DNA of 32,000 bases from Kineococcus radiotolerans SRS30216 = ATCC BAA-149 (GCF_000017305.1 NC_009664.2:1590001-1622000); one strand, 5' to 3'. Positions 16,117 to 24,898 are shown, counted from the stretch's first letter. Notes: generated by a model from the letters alone, not told the origin. Numbers and translations: made by a program.

Positions 16117-17364
16117 ATGAGCCCCGTGACCGCGCAGACGAGTCCCCCCGCCAGCACCGACGTCCGCCCCCGGGTCTCGGCCCGCATCGCCGGCATCGCC
16201 GAGTCCGCGACCCTGGCGGTGGACGCGAAGGCGAAGGCGCTGAAGGCGGCGGGGCGCCCGGTCATCGGCTTCGGCGCGGGCGAACCGGACTTCCCGACCC
16301 CGCAGGCCGTCGTCGAGGCGGCCGTCGCCGCCTGCACGGACCCGGCCAACCACCGCTACACCCCCGCCGGCGGGCTGCCCGCCCTGCGCGAGGCGATCGC
16401 GGCCAAGACGCTGCGCGACTCCGGCTACGAGGTCTCCCCCGGCCAGGTGCTGGTGACCAACGGCGGCAAGCAGGCCGTCTACGAGGCCTTCGCCGCGATC
16501 CTCGACCCCGGCGACGAGCTGCTGCTGCCGGCGCCCTACTGGACGACCTACCCCGAGGCCGCCCGCCTCGCCGGCGGGGTCGCCGTCGAGGTCTTCGCCG
16601 GCCTGGACCAGGGCTACAAGGTGACCGTCGACCAGCTCGAGGCCGCGCGCACCCCGCGCACCAAGGCGCTGCTGTTCAACTCCCCGTCCAACCCGACCGG
16701 CGCGGTCTACACCCCCGAGGAGGTCCGGGCCATCGGCCACTGGGCCCTGGAGCACGGGGTGTGGGTCGTCACCGACGAGATCTACGAGCACCTCGTCTAC
16801 GACGGGGTGCGCGCGGCGTCGATGCCGGTCGAGGTGCCCGAGCTGGCCGACACCTGCGTCGTCCTCAACGGGGTGGCCAAGACCTACGCCATGACGGGCT
16901 GGCGGGTGGGCTGGCTCATCGGGCCCGCCGACGTCGTCAAGGGCGCGGGCAACCTCCAGTCGCACCTGACCTCCAACGTCGCCAACGTCTCGCAGCGGGC
17001 GGCGGTGCAGGCGCTGACCGGCGACCTGACCGCGGTGGCGCGGATGCGCGAGGCCTTCGACCGGCGGCGCCGGACGATGGTGCGGATGCTCGACGCCGTC
17101 GACGGCGTGGACTGCCCGCTGCCGCAGGGCGCGTTCTACGCCTACCCCAGCGTCCAGGGGCTGATCGGCAAGTCGTTGCGCGGCAGGGAGATCACCTCCT
17201 CCGCGGTGCTGGCCGAGCTCATCCTCACCGAGGCCGAGGTCGCCGTCGTGCCGGGCGAGGCCTTCGGGCCCAGCGGGTTCCTGCGGCTGTCCTACGCCCT
17301 GGCCGACGAGGACCTGGTGACGGGCGTGGAGCGGATCCAGGCCCTGCTCTCCGAGGTGCGCTGA
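16117..17364 (+). CDS. aspC: Class-I (subgroup Ib) aspartate aminotransferase, PLP-dependent
   Basis: 415 aa. [20 protein letters not shown] and [13 protein letters not shown] (PLP-Lys) motifs. ATG 16117 abuts GGGAGG; GTG 16126 is an alternative start. Confidence 0.88.
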   Translation: MSPVTAQTSPPASTDVRPRVSARIAGIAESATLAVDAKAKALKAAGRPVIGFGAGEPDFPTPQAVVEAAVAACTDPANHRYTPAGGLPALREAIAAKTLRDSGYEVSPGQVLVTNGGKQAVYEAFAAILDPGDELLLPAPYWTTYPEAARLAGGVAVEVFAGLDQGYKVTVDQLEAARTPRTKALLFNSPSNPTGAVYTPEEVRAIGHWALEHGVWVVTDEIYEHLVYDGVRAASMPVEVPELADTCVVLNGVAKTYAMTGWRVGWLIGPADVVKGAGNLQSHLTSNVANVSQRAAVQALTGDLTAVARMREAFDRRRRTMVRMLDAVDGVDCPLPQGAFYAYPSVQGLIGKSLRGREITSSAVLAELILTEAEVAVVPGEAFGPSGFLRLSYALADEDLVTGVERIQALLSEVR

Positions 17365-17398
17365 GACCACCCCCCGCCCGGGGGGGCAGGCTCGGGGC

Positions 17399-18268
17399 AT
17401 GGACTCCCCCACCGCCGTGCGGGTGCGCGGACTCGCCAAGCGCTACCCCGACGGCACGCTCGCCCTCGACGGCGTCGACCTGGACGTCGCCGCGGGCGAG
17501 TGCGTGGCGCTGCTGGGGCCCAACGGCGCGGGCAAGACGACGACGCTGGAGGTCCTGGAGGGGCACCGCTCGCGCGACGGCGGGGAGGTCTCGGTCCTGG
17601 GCGAGGACCCGGCCACGGCCGGGCTGGCCTGGCGGGCGCGGCTGGGGATCGTCCTGCAGGAGGCCACCGACGCCGGCGACCTCTCCGTGCGCGAGGCCGT
17701 GCGGCACTTCTCGGTGTACCACCGGGACTCCCGCGACCCCGAGGAGGTCATCGCCCTCGTCGGCCTGGAGGACGCCGCGCGCCACCGGGTGCGCACCCTC
17801 TCGGGCGGTCAGCGACGGCGGCTGGACGTGGCCCTGGGCATCCTGGGGCGGCCCGAGCTGCTGTTCCTGGACGAGCCGACGACGGGTTTCGACCCCGAGG
17901 CGCGGCGGCGCTCCTGGGACCTCGTGCGGGGGGTCCGCGCCGAGGGCACGACGATCGTGCTGACCACCCACTACCTGGAGGAGGCGGCGGCCCTGGCCGA
18001 CCGCGTCGCCGTCCTCGTCGGCGGCCGGGTCGTGGAGACCGCCACCCCCCGCGAGCTGGGCGGCGCCTCGCGGCGGGGGGCCACGGTGCGCTGGACGGAG
18101 GGCGGCGTGCCCCGCAGCGAGCGCACCGACCGCCCCACGGAGGTGGTGCGGGGGCTCCTGGCGCGCCCCGAGCTCCTCGTGGAGGGGGAGGTCCCGGGGC
18201 TGGAGGTCCACCGGCCCACGCTGGAGGACGCCTACCTCGCCCTGGTGGACGGGGTGTCGGGCCGGTGA
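17399..18268 (+). CDS. ABC transporter ATP-binding protein (ABC-2/DrrA-like exporter subfamily)
   Basis: 289 aa. Walker A GPNGAGKTT, signature LSGGQRRRL, Walker B LLFLDEPTTGFD. Stop overlaps the permease start (GTGA at 18265-18268). Confidence 0.93.
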   Translation: MDSPTAVRVRGLAKRYPDGTLALDGVDLDVAAGECVALLGPNGAGKTTTLEVLEGHRSRDGGEVSVLGEDPATAGLAWRARLGIVLQEATDAGDLSVREAVRHFSVYHRDSRDPEEVIALVGLEDAARHRVRTLSGGQRRRLDVALGILGRPELLFLDEPTTGFDPEARRRSWDLVRGVRAEGTTIVLTTHYLEEAAALADRVAVLVGGRVVETATPRELGGASRRGATVRWTEGGVPRSERTDRPTEVVRGLLARPELLVEGEVPGLEVHRPTLEDAYLALVDGVSGR

Positions 18269-19101
18269 GCGGGACCACCGGCGGGCGTCCTGGGCGCACC
18301 CCCGCGCGCCCGTCCACGGCCCGCCTGGCCCGGGCCCGCGCCGGGCTGGAGGTCCGCCAGTTCGTCCGCGAGCGCGACGCGGTGGCGTTCGTGTTCGCCT
18401 ACCCGATCGTCATGCTGGTCATCTTCGGCTCGATCTTCGGGGACCAGCCGCTGCCCGACGGGACCCCGTTCTCGCACTACTTCCTGGCCGGCGTCGTGGC
18501 CACCGGGATCATGCTCACGAGCTTCCAGAGCCTCGCCGTCGGCATCGCCGGCGAGCGCGAGGACGGCACCCTGAAGCGGTTGCGGGGCATGGCCGTGCCC
18601 GCGCTGGCCTACGTCCTGGGCAAGGTCGGCATGGTCCTGGCGACGTCCCTCGTGCAGCTGGTCCTGGTGCTGGCGGTGGCCCGCGTCGGCTACGGCGTGC
18701 CGCTGCCGGCGGACGCGACCCACTGGGCCCGGTTCGCGTGGGTCTTCGCGCTGGGCACCGTGGCCGGCACGGTGCTGGGGGTCGCGTTCTCGGCCGTGCC
18801 GCGCTCGGCGCGCTCGGCCACGGCCGTCGTCGCCCCGGTGGTCATCGTGCTGCAGTTCTTCTCCGGGGTCTTCTTCACCCTGACCTCCCTGCCGGGGTGG
18901 ATGCGGGCGGTGGCGGAGGTCTTCCCGCTGAAGTGGATGGCGCAGGGCCTGCGGGCGGCGCTGCTGCCCGAGACCGCCGCGGCGGGCGAGCCCCGGGGCG
19001 GCTGGGAGCTGGGCACCGGGGCGGCGGTCATGGCCGCGTGGTGCGTGCTCGGCCTCGCCCTGTGCCTGCGCTCGTTCCGGTGGACGCGCAGGGACCGCTG
19101 A
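18265..19101 (+). CDS. ABC-2 type transporter permease
   Basis: In-frame tail of track ORF 17500..19101. Start set to GTG 18265, overlapping the ATPase stop. 278 aa with ~6 hydrophobic segments (AFVFAYPIVMLVIFGSIF, FLAGVVATGIMLTSF, ...). Confidence 0.85.
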   Translation: MSGTTGGRPGRTPARPSTARLARARAGLEVRQFVRERDAVAFVFAYPIVMLVIFGSIFGDQPLPDGTPFSHYFLAGVVATGIMLTSFQSLAVGIAGEREDGTLKRLRGMAVPALAYVLGKVGMVLATSLVQLVLVLAVARVGYGVPLPADATHWARFAWVFALGTVAGTVLGVAFSAVPRSARSATAVVAPVVIVLQFFSGVFFTLTSLPGWMRAVAEVFPLKWMAQGLRAALLPETAAAGEPRGGWELGTGAAVMAAWCVLGLALCLRSFRWTRRDR

Positions 19102-19120
19102 CCAGGACGAACGACGCGGT

Positions 19121-20197
19121 GTGCTGGCAGACTCGCCGAGCGTGACACGCGCGGTCGAGTCCCTGCCCAAGGCGCACCTGCACCTGCACTTCACCGGGTC
19201 GATGCGGCCGGCGACGCTGCTCGACCTCGCCGAGCGGCACCGCGTCCGGCTGCCCGCCTCGCTCACCTCGCAGGCGATGATCACGTTGTCCCCCGACGAG
19301 CGGGGCTGGTTCCGGTTCCAGCGGCTCTACGACGCCGCGCGGGCCTGCGTCCGCACCCCCGACGACATGCGCCGGATCGTGCTGGAGGCGGCGGCCGACG
19401 ACGCCGCGGAGGGCTCGCGCTGGCTGGAGCTGCAGGTGGACCCGACGTCCTACGCGGTGCACGTCGGGGGCATCACGCCCGCGCTGGAGATCGTGCTGGA
19501 GGCGGCGCGGGACGCGACGGCGCTGACCGGGTGCTCGGTGGCGGTGGTGGTGGCGGCCAGCCGCACCCGGCACCCGCTGGACGCCCGGACGCTGGCGCGC
19601 CTCGCCGCGCGCCACGCCGGCGAGGGCCCCGGCACGGTCGTCGGCTTCGGGTTGTCCAACGACGAGCGGCGCGGGGACACCGCGGAGTTCGCCGGGGCCT
19701 TCGACATCGCCCGCGACGCCGGCCTGGCCTGCGTGCCCCACTCCGGGGAGCTGCTGGGGCCCGGGCACGTCGAGCAGACGCTGCGCGAGCTGCGCCCGGA
19801 CCGGCTGGGGCACGGCGTGCGCAGCGGCGAGGACCCCGGGGTGCTGGAGCGGGTGGTGGCGGCCGGGGTGGCGCTGGAGGTGTGCCCCACGAGCAACGTG
19901 TCCCTCGGGGTCTACCCCGACCTCGGCCGGGTCCCGCTGCGGCAGCTGGTGTCCGCCGGGGCGACGGTGGCCCTGGGCGCGGACGACCCGCTGCTGTTCG
20001 GGCCCCGCCTGGCGGCCCAGTACCGCAGCGCGCGCGAAGACCACGGCTTCGACGACGAGGGGCTGGCCGGGCTGGCCAGGGCGTCGATCAGCGCGTCCCG
20101 GGCGCCGGTGGCGGTGAAGCGGGCGCTGCACGCGGAGGTGGACGACTGGCTGGCGGGTTCCTGCGACGAAGGCGCCCCGGAACGGCTCGCGGTGTGA
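19121..20197 (+). CDS. add: Adenosine deaminase family protein
   Basis: 358 aa. Metal-binding LPKAHLHLHFTGSMR, CVPHSGE, CPTSN and ALGADDP motifs of the adenosine/AMP deaminase fold. GTG start 19 nt after the permease stop. Confidence 0.85.
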   Translation: MLADSPSVTRAVESLPKAHLHLHFTGSMRPATLLDLAERHRVRLPASLTSQAMITLSPDERGWFRFQRLYDAARACVRTPDDMRRIVLEAAADDAAEGSRWLELQVDPTSYAVHVGGITPALEIVLEAARDATALTGCSVAVVVAASRTRHPLDARTLARLAARHAGEGPGTVVGFGLSNDERRGDTAEFAGAFDIARDAGLACVPHSGELLGPGHVEQTLRELRPDRLGHGVRSGEDPGVLERVVAAGVALEVCPTSNVSLGVYPDLGRVPLRQLVSAGATVALGADDPLLFGPRLAAQYRSAREDHGFDDEGLAGLARASISASRAPVAVKRALHAEVDDWLAGSCDEGAPERLAV

Positions 20198-20202
20198 TTG
20201 AC

Positions 20203-20222
20203 TCAATGAGTTGACTCATTGA
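20203..20222. promoter_or_regulatory. Perfect palindromic operator candidate TCAATGAGT-TG-ACTCATTGA
   Basis: 9-bp perfect arms with a 2-nt spacer, embedded in the most AT-rich patch of the window (20195-20226). That patch also holds three direct TTGACTC copies (20198, 20211, 20219). It sits between the add stop and the SD of the membrane-protein/GntR pair. Confidence 0.55.
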
Positions 20223-20236
20223 CTCCTGGAGGATCC

Positions 20237-21139
20237 GTGTCCGGTCCGGCCGTGGTGGTGCTCCCCCTGCTCCTGTTCCTCGTGGCCGCCGTCGCCGTGG
20301 GGGCGGTGGTCCTGTCCCGGCGGGTCCCCTCGCACGAGCTGACCGCGCCGGTGGTGCGCGCCCAGCGGCGGGGTGGCGTCGTGGCCGCGATCGCCCTGGT
20401 CCTGGCCGTGGCGCTCGTCGCCCTCGGTCTCTCCCTCCCCGCGACCAGCCTGCCCCGCACCCGGCTCATCGCCGTGGCCCCGCTCGCCGCCGCCGCCCTG
20501 CACGCCGCCGTGCTGCTGGCCGGGGAGCTCAGCTGGCCCCGGCCCGCCCAGCGGGTCCGCTCGGCGCGGCTGGCCGTGCGGACGGTGCGGGCCGACGCCC
20601 CGCGCGGGATGGTCCGGCTGTTCACCGCGAGCTGCGTCCTCGCCTGGGCGGTCTGCGTCGTGGGCACCGTGCTCGCCGACGACTCCGGCCGGGCGATCGG
20701 GTACGCCGACGGGGTGGCGTCCGGCAGCGCCGGGCCCTTCCCCGGCGCGTTCTACGCCGGTCCGGTCGCCCTCGCCGCCGCGGTCGTCGTGGCCCTGACC
20801 TGGGCCGTGCTGCTGCGGGTCCCCCAGCGCCCGGCCGTCCCCGGCGCCGACGCCGCCACCGACGGGGCGCTGCGCCGGGCCGCGGCCCACCGGGCGCTGC
20901 GCGTCTCGACCTCCGCCGTCCTCGGCACGACCGCGGCGCTCCTGGTCACCGGCGGCGGCGCCGCGCACGGGATGGGCGGGCAGTGGGGCGAGCAGGTCGG
21001 CGACGTCCTGGTCTGGCACGACGTGGGTCCCGGCCCGGTCTGGGACGCCGTCGCCGCCGGCGTCGCGGTCACCGGCGGCCTCCTGCTCCTCGCCGCGCTC
21101 GCCGTCCTGCTCGTCCCGGCGCGGGGGGTGCCCCGGTGA
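20237..21139 (+). CDS. Uncharacterised polytopic membrane protein (~7 hydrophobic helices)
   Basis: Track ORF starts at TTG 20219. GTG 20237 is preferred (GGAGGA at 20228-20233). 300 aa, Ala/Val/Leu-rich TM segments (PAVVVLPLLLFLVAAVAVGAVVL, VVAAIALVLAVALVALGLSL, ...), no motif I recognise. Stop overlaps the GntR start (GTGA at 21136-21139). Confidence 0.7.
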   Translation: MSGPAVVVLPLLLFLVAAVAVGAVVLSRRVPSHELTAPVVRAQRRGGVVAAIALVLAVALVALGLSLPATSLPRTRLIAVAPLAAAALHAAVLLAGELSWPRPAQRVRSARLAVRTVRADAPRGMVRLFTASCVLAWAVCVVGTVLADDSGRAIGYADGVASGSAGPFPGAFYAGPVALAAAVVVALTWAVLLRVPQRPAVPGADAATDGALRRAAAHRALRVSTSAVLGTTAALLVTGGGAAHGMGGQWGEQVGDVLVWHDVGPGPVWDAVAAGVAVTGGLLLLAALAVLLVPARGVPR

Positions 21140-21522
21140 GCGAGCTGCGCGTCGTCGTCGACACCCGCTCCCCCGTCCCCGCCTACGAGCAGGTCCGCGA
21201 GCAGATCACCGCCCTGGCCACCACCGGCGCGCTGCGCGAGGGCGACCGGCTCCCGGCGGCCCGGGCGCTCGCCGCCGACCTCGGCCTGGCCGTGGGCACG
21301 GTGCAACGGGCCTACCGCGAGCTGGAGGCGGCGGGGACGGTGGCCTCCCGGCGCCGGACCGGCACGGTGGTGACCGCGCGGGTCACCGTCGAGGAGGACG
21401 TGCGCTGGGCCGCGGAGGGCTTCGTCGAGCGCGCGCTCAGCTCCGGTCTGAGCCCGGAGCAGGCCCTGGACGTGGTCCGGGCCGCGCTCGTCAGCGTGGG
21501 GCGGAGCCGGGACCGGGCCTGA
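21136..21522 (+). CDS. GntR-family transcriptional regulator, short YtrA-like subfamily
   Basis: In-frame tail of track ORF 20983..21522, start GTG 21136. 128 aa. wHTH PAYEQVREQITALATTGALREGDRLPAARALAADLGLAVGTVQRAYRELEAAG. The C-terminal part (~55 aa) is too short for FadR/HutC/MocR-type effector domains. Confidence 0.85.
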   Translation: MSELRVVVDTRSPVPAYEQVREQITALATTGALREGDRLPAARALAADLGLAVGTVQRAYRELEAAGTVASRRRTGTVVTARVTVEEDVRWAAEGFVERALSSGLSPEQALDVVRAALVSVGRSRDRA

Positions 21523-21525
21523 ACC

Positions 21526-22593
21526 TCAGAGGGAGGCGCCGACGAGCACGGGCTCGTTGACCAGCCGGATCCCGAACCGGTCCTGCACCCCGTCGGCGAC
21601 GGTGCGGGCCAGGGCCAGCAGGTCCGCCGCGGTCGCGGTGCCGCGGTTGGTGACGGCCAGGGTGTGCTTGGTCGACAGCGTCGCCGGGCCGGGCGCGCCG
21701 AAGCCCTTGCCGAAACCCGCGCGCTCGATGAGCCAGGCCGCGGAGGTCTTCACCCGGCCCTCCCCCGCCGGGTAGCGGGGCGCGTCGGCGGGCAGCCGGT
21801 CGGCCTCGTCCACCGCCAGCAGCGGGTTGGTGAAGAACGACCCCGCGCTCCACGTGTCGTGGTCGCTGAGGTCGGCCGGGTCCCACACCATGCCCTTGCC
21901 CGCGCGCAGGGCCAGCACGGCCTCGCGCACCGCGGCCGCGGGGGCCCGGTCCCCGACCGCCACGCCGAGGCGGCGGGCGAGCTCGGGGTACCTCACCTCC
22001 GAGGCGGCCTCGCGCAGCGGGAACTGGAACGTCACGTCGAGCACCACGTAGCGGCTCTCGCGGTGGGGGCCGTGCAGGGCCACCCGCGAGGTCTTCAGCA
22101 GCGAGCTGCGGTAGGCGAACTCCAGCTCCGCCGCGGCGAACGTCCGCTGCCGGCGCTCCACGCGGTCCCAGGTGCGGACGGTCTCGACGGTCTGCGCGAC
22201 CTCCTGGCCGTAGGCCCCGACGTTCTGCACGGGGGTGGCGCCGACGGTGCCGGGGATCCCGGACAGCGCCTCCACCCCCGCCCAGCCGCGGCGCACGGCC
22301 GTGGCGACGAAGTCGTCGAAGGGGTGCCCGGCCGCCACCGTCACGACCCCGCCGCCGCAGGCGTCCTCGGAGGCCAGGGTCGTCCCGCGCGTGGCGATCC
22401 GCACGACGGTGCCGTCGAAGCCGGCGTCGGCGATCAGCAGGTTCGACCCCCCGGCGATGAGGAGCAGGGGTTCCCCCGCGGCGTCGGCGGCCGAGACCGC
22501 CTCGACGAGCTCGGCGTCCGTGGTGGCTTCGACGACGCGTCGGGCGGGACCCCCGACGCGCAGGGTGGTCAGGTCGGCGAGCGCGCGGGTCAC
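21526..22593 (-). CDS. murB: UDP-N-acetylenolpyruvoylglucosamine reductase
   Basis: ORF track gives 646 aa from 23466, overlapping the MFS gene. Start reset to GTG 22593, which overlaps the MFS stop (GTGA). 355 aa. LADLTTLRVGGPARRVVEATTDAELVEAV...LLLIAGGSNLLIAD FAD-binding N-terminus and GIPGTVGATPVQNVGAYG. Confidence 0.92.
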   Translation of the reverse strand: MTRALADLTTLRVGGPARRVVEATTDAELVEAVSAADAAGEPLLLIAGGSNLLIADAGFDGTVVRIATRGTTLASEDACGGGVVTVAAGHPFDDFVATAVRRGWAGVEALSGIPGTVGATPVQNVGAYGQEVAQTVETVRTWDRVERRQRTFAAAELEFAYRSSLLKTSRVALHGPHRESRYVVLDVTFQFPLREAASEVRYPELARRLGVAVGDRAPAAAVREAVLALRAGKGMVWDPADLSDHDTWSAGSFFTNPLLAVDEADRLPADAPRYPAGEGRVKTSAAWLIERAGFGKGFGAPGPATLSTKHTLAVTNRGTATAADLLALARTVADGVQDRFGIRLVNEPVLVGASL

Positions 22594-23819
22594 GAGGACA
22601 GCTTGCCCTCGGCCTCGCGCCGGCCTGCGCCCAGGGCCACCCCGTCGGCGTGCGGCTCGGCCGCGGAGGCGACGAACAGCGCGACGACCGAGGCGACGGC
22701 CGCGGCGGTGACGGCGTGCACGACACCGGTCCGGTCGGCCAGCAGCCCCAGCAGCGGCGGCCCGGCGAGGAAGGCCGTGTAGCCGACGGAGGAGACGACG
22801 CTGACCCGCACGGCCGCGCTGGCCTCCTCGTCCCCGGCCGCGCTCATGCCGGTCGGGAACCCCAGCGCCGCGCCCAGACCCCACAGCAGCGCCCCGGCCA
22901 TCGCCACCGCGACGTTCGGGGCGAGGACGAAGACGCCGACCCCCGCGGCCGCGACGGCGGCGCTGAGCCGCAGCGCGGGGACCCGGCCGAAGCGGTCCAG
23001 CAGCTGCGGCCCGAGGAGGCGCCCGCAGGTCATGGCCACGACGAAGACGGTGTACCCGGCGACGCCCACGGAGTGCGCGGCGCCGTGGCCGTCGACCACG
23101 CCGAGGGCGAGCCAGTCGTTGGCGGTGCCCTCGACGAAGGCCACGCACAGCACGAGCAGGCCGATGAGCAGGGTGCGCGGTTCCCGCCACGCCTGCCCGA
23201 GGCTGATGCCGGCCGGCTCCCCCGCCCCGGCCTCCGGGGCCGGTTCCCCGAGGAACGAGCGCGTCGCGAGCACGGTCCCCGCCACGGCCAGGACCGCGAC
23301 GGCGCACAGGTGCGCCCAGGTCGGGACGCCGAGGGCGAGCAGCAGGACCGCCAGGCCCGCGGACGTGACCGTCCCCAGGCTCCAGGCGGCGTGGAAGCGG
23401 GACATGATCGCCCGGTCCAGGCGCCGCTCGACGGCGGAGCCCTCGACGTTCATGGCCACGTCCCACGAGGCGACCCCGGCCCCGGCCACGACCAGGCCCA
23501 CCGCCGCGGGCACCACCGAGCCGAGCCCGTCGACGGCGACGGAGACGAGCAGCAGCCCGAGGGCGACGGTCACCGCGCCGCCGAGGACGGTGCGGGCGCG
23601 GCCCAGGCGCAGCACGACGGCGCCGGCGATCGGCATCGCGACGACCGAGCCGAGGGAGAAGGCCAGCAGCAGGACGCTCATCCCGCTGTTGGACAGGCCG
23701 AGGGTGTCGCGGACCGAGGGGATCCGGGAGACCCAGGCCGACATGAACGCGCCGTTGAGGACGAAGGCCGCGTAGACGGCCGTCCTCGCGCGCAGCGCTG
23801 CGGGCGAGGGTGCGCTCAC
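22590..23819 (-). CDS. MFS transporter (12-TM type), substrate unknown
   Basis: 409 aa, hydrophobic throughout. N-terminal AAFVLNGAFMSAWVSRIPSVRDTLGLS and a loop 2-3-like LRLGRAR. GTG start overlaps the stop of the upstream dehydratase gene (GTGA at 23816-23819). Confidence 0.85.
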   Translation of the reverse strand: MSAPSPAALRARTAVYAAFVLNGAFMSAWVSRIPSVRDTLGLSNSGMSVLLLAFSLGSVVAMPIAGAVVLRLGRARTVLGGAVTVALGLLLVSVAVDGLGSVVPAAVGLVVAGAGVASWDVAMNVEGSAVERRLDRAIMSRFHAAWSLGTVTSAGLAVLLLALGVPTWAHLCAVAVLAVAGTVLATRSFLGEPAPEAGAGEPAGISLGQAWREPRTLLIGLLVLCVAFVEGTANDWLALGVVDGHGAAHSVGVAGYTVFVVAMTCGRLLGPQLLDRFGRVPALRLSAAVAAAGVGVFVLAPNVAVAMAGALLWGLGAALGFPTGMSAAGDEEASAAVRVSVVSSVGYTAFLAGPPLLGLLADRTGVVHAVTAAAVASVVALFVASAAEPHADGVALGAGRREAEGKLSS

Positions 23820-24232
23820 GGCAGGCGCACGAGGGCCCGGGCCCGCCCCAGGACCTTGGCGCCGGCGTGGGTCACGGCGAGGTCGACCTCGACGGTGCGC
23901 GCGGTCTCGTCGCGGGAGACGACCCGGCCGGCGACCTCGACCACGGCGGGCGCGTCGGCGGGGACCACGACGGGAGCGGTGAACTTCGTGCCGTAGGAGA
24001 CGACGGCGCGGGGGTCGCCGGCCCAGTCGGCGACGACGGAACCGGCGAGGCCCATCGTGAGCATCCCGTGGGCGATGACGTCGGGCAGCCCCACGGAGCG
24101 CGCGGTGGCCTCGTCGAGGTGGATCGGGTTGCGGTCCCCCGAGGCCTCGGCGTAGGCGCGCAGGTCCTCGCGGGACACCTCGTAGTGGGCGACGGGGAGC
24201 TCGTGGCCGACCTCGACCTCGTCGAAGATCAC
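23816..24232 (-). CDS. MaoC-family (R)-hydratase/dehydratase, HadB-like catalytic subunit
   Basis: 138 aa. Hydratase-2 motif YAEASGDRNPIHLDEATA. GTG start overlaps the stop of the upstream gene (GTGA at 24229-24232). Confidence 0.88.
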   Translation of the reverse strand: MIFDEVEVGHELPVAHYEVSREDLRAYAEASGDRNPIHLDEATARSVGLPDVIAHGMLTMGLAGSVVADWAGDPRAVVSYGTKFTAPVVVPADAPAVVEVAGRVVSRDETARTVEVDLAVTHAGAKVLGRARALVRLP

Positions 24233-24690
24233 GACGCCTCCTCGGCCCGGACGACGAGCATCGAGGTGACCGTCGTGACGGGCGTGCCGTCGGCGAGGGT
24301 CAGCTCGGTGCGGGTGGTGACCATGGCGTTGCCGCGCACGACGCGGACCCTGTCGACGTGGACCTCGGCGGCGATCTCGTCACCGGCCACGACGGGGCGG
24401 TGGTGGCGGAACTGCTCCTCGCCGTGCACGACGCGGGAGAAGTCGATGCCCGCGGCCGGGTCGGCGATGAACTGCTGCTCGGCGGCCTGCGCCAGGACCA
24501 CCGCGAAGGTGGGGGGCGCCACGACGTCGGGGTGCCCGAGCTCGCGGGCGGCGGCCGCGTCGTGGTGGCTGGGGTGGGCCGCCCGCACGGCCCGGGCGAA
24601 GGCCCGGACCGCGTCGGCGGTCACCGTGGTCGTCCCGCGGGCCGGGTAGACGCGCCCCGCGAAGGACTCGTCGACGTTGACGGTCGTCAC
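24229..24690 (-). CDS. MaoC N-terminal-type dehydratase subunit, HadA/HadC-like (non-catalytic partner)
   Basis: Tail of the 330-aa track ORF, start reset to GTG 24690 (VTTVNVDESFAGRVY...). 153 aa. LGHPDVVAPPTF and VHGEEQFRHHRPVVAGDEI resemble mycobacterial HadA. The hydratase motif is degenerate. 40 nt downstream of rpmG. Confidence 0.82.
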   Translation of the reverse strand: MTTVNVDESFAGRVYPARGTTTVTADAVRAFARAVRAAHPSHHDAAAARELGHPDVVAPPTFAVVLAQAAEQQFIADPAAGIDFSRVVHGEEQFRHHRPVVAGDEIAAEVHVDRVRVVRGNAMVTTRTELTLADGTPVTTVTSMLVVRAEEAS

Positions 24691-24730
24691 TGGGCGGTGC
24701 TCCCCGGCTCGGGTACGGACGTGCTGGAGG

Positions 24731-24898
24731 TCAGCGGGTCTCGCGGTGCGTGGTCTTCTTGCCGCAGCGCGGGCAGAACTTCGCCAGGTCCAGGCGGTCG
24801 GGGTCGTTGCGGCGGTTCTTCTTGGTGATGTAGTTCCGCTCCTTGCACTCGGTGCAAGCCATGGTGATCTTCGGGCGGACGTCGGTGGTCTTGGCCAC
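24731..24898 (-). CDS. rpmG: 50S ribosomal protein L33 (bL33), Zn-ribbon (Cys4) form
   Basis: Absent from the ORF track (55 aa). Hand translation: [55 protein letters not shown]. CxxC...CxxC present. GTG start with GAGGAAGAGG SD. Confidence 0.95.
   Translation of the reverse strand: MAKTTDVRPKITMACTECKERNYITKKNRRNDPDRLDLAKFCPRCGKKTTHRETR

Noticed and set aside
20203-20222. Possible HspR/HAIR heat-shock operator, because the half-sites TGAGT/ACTCA resemble CTTGAGT-N7-ACTCAAG.
   Set aside because: The spacing is 2 nt, not 7. The flanking bases differ (AATGAGT versus CTTGAGT). No chaperone gene follows. The adjacent GntR regulator is the more economical candidate binder.
22594-23466. Extension of murB to 646 aa.
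   Set aside because: It overlaps the MFS transporter gene in another frame and is Arg/Gly/Pro-rich junk. The MurB FAD-binding N-terminus starts right after GTG 22593, which overlaps the MFS stop.
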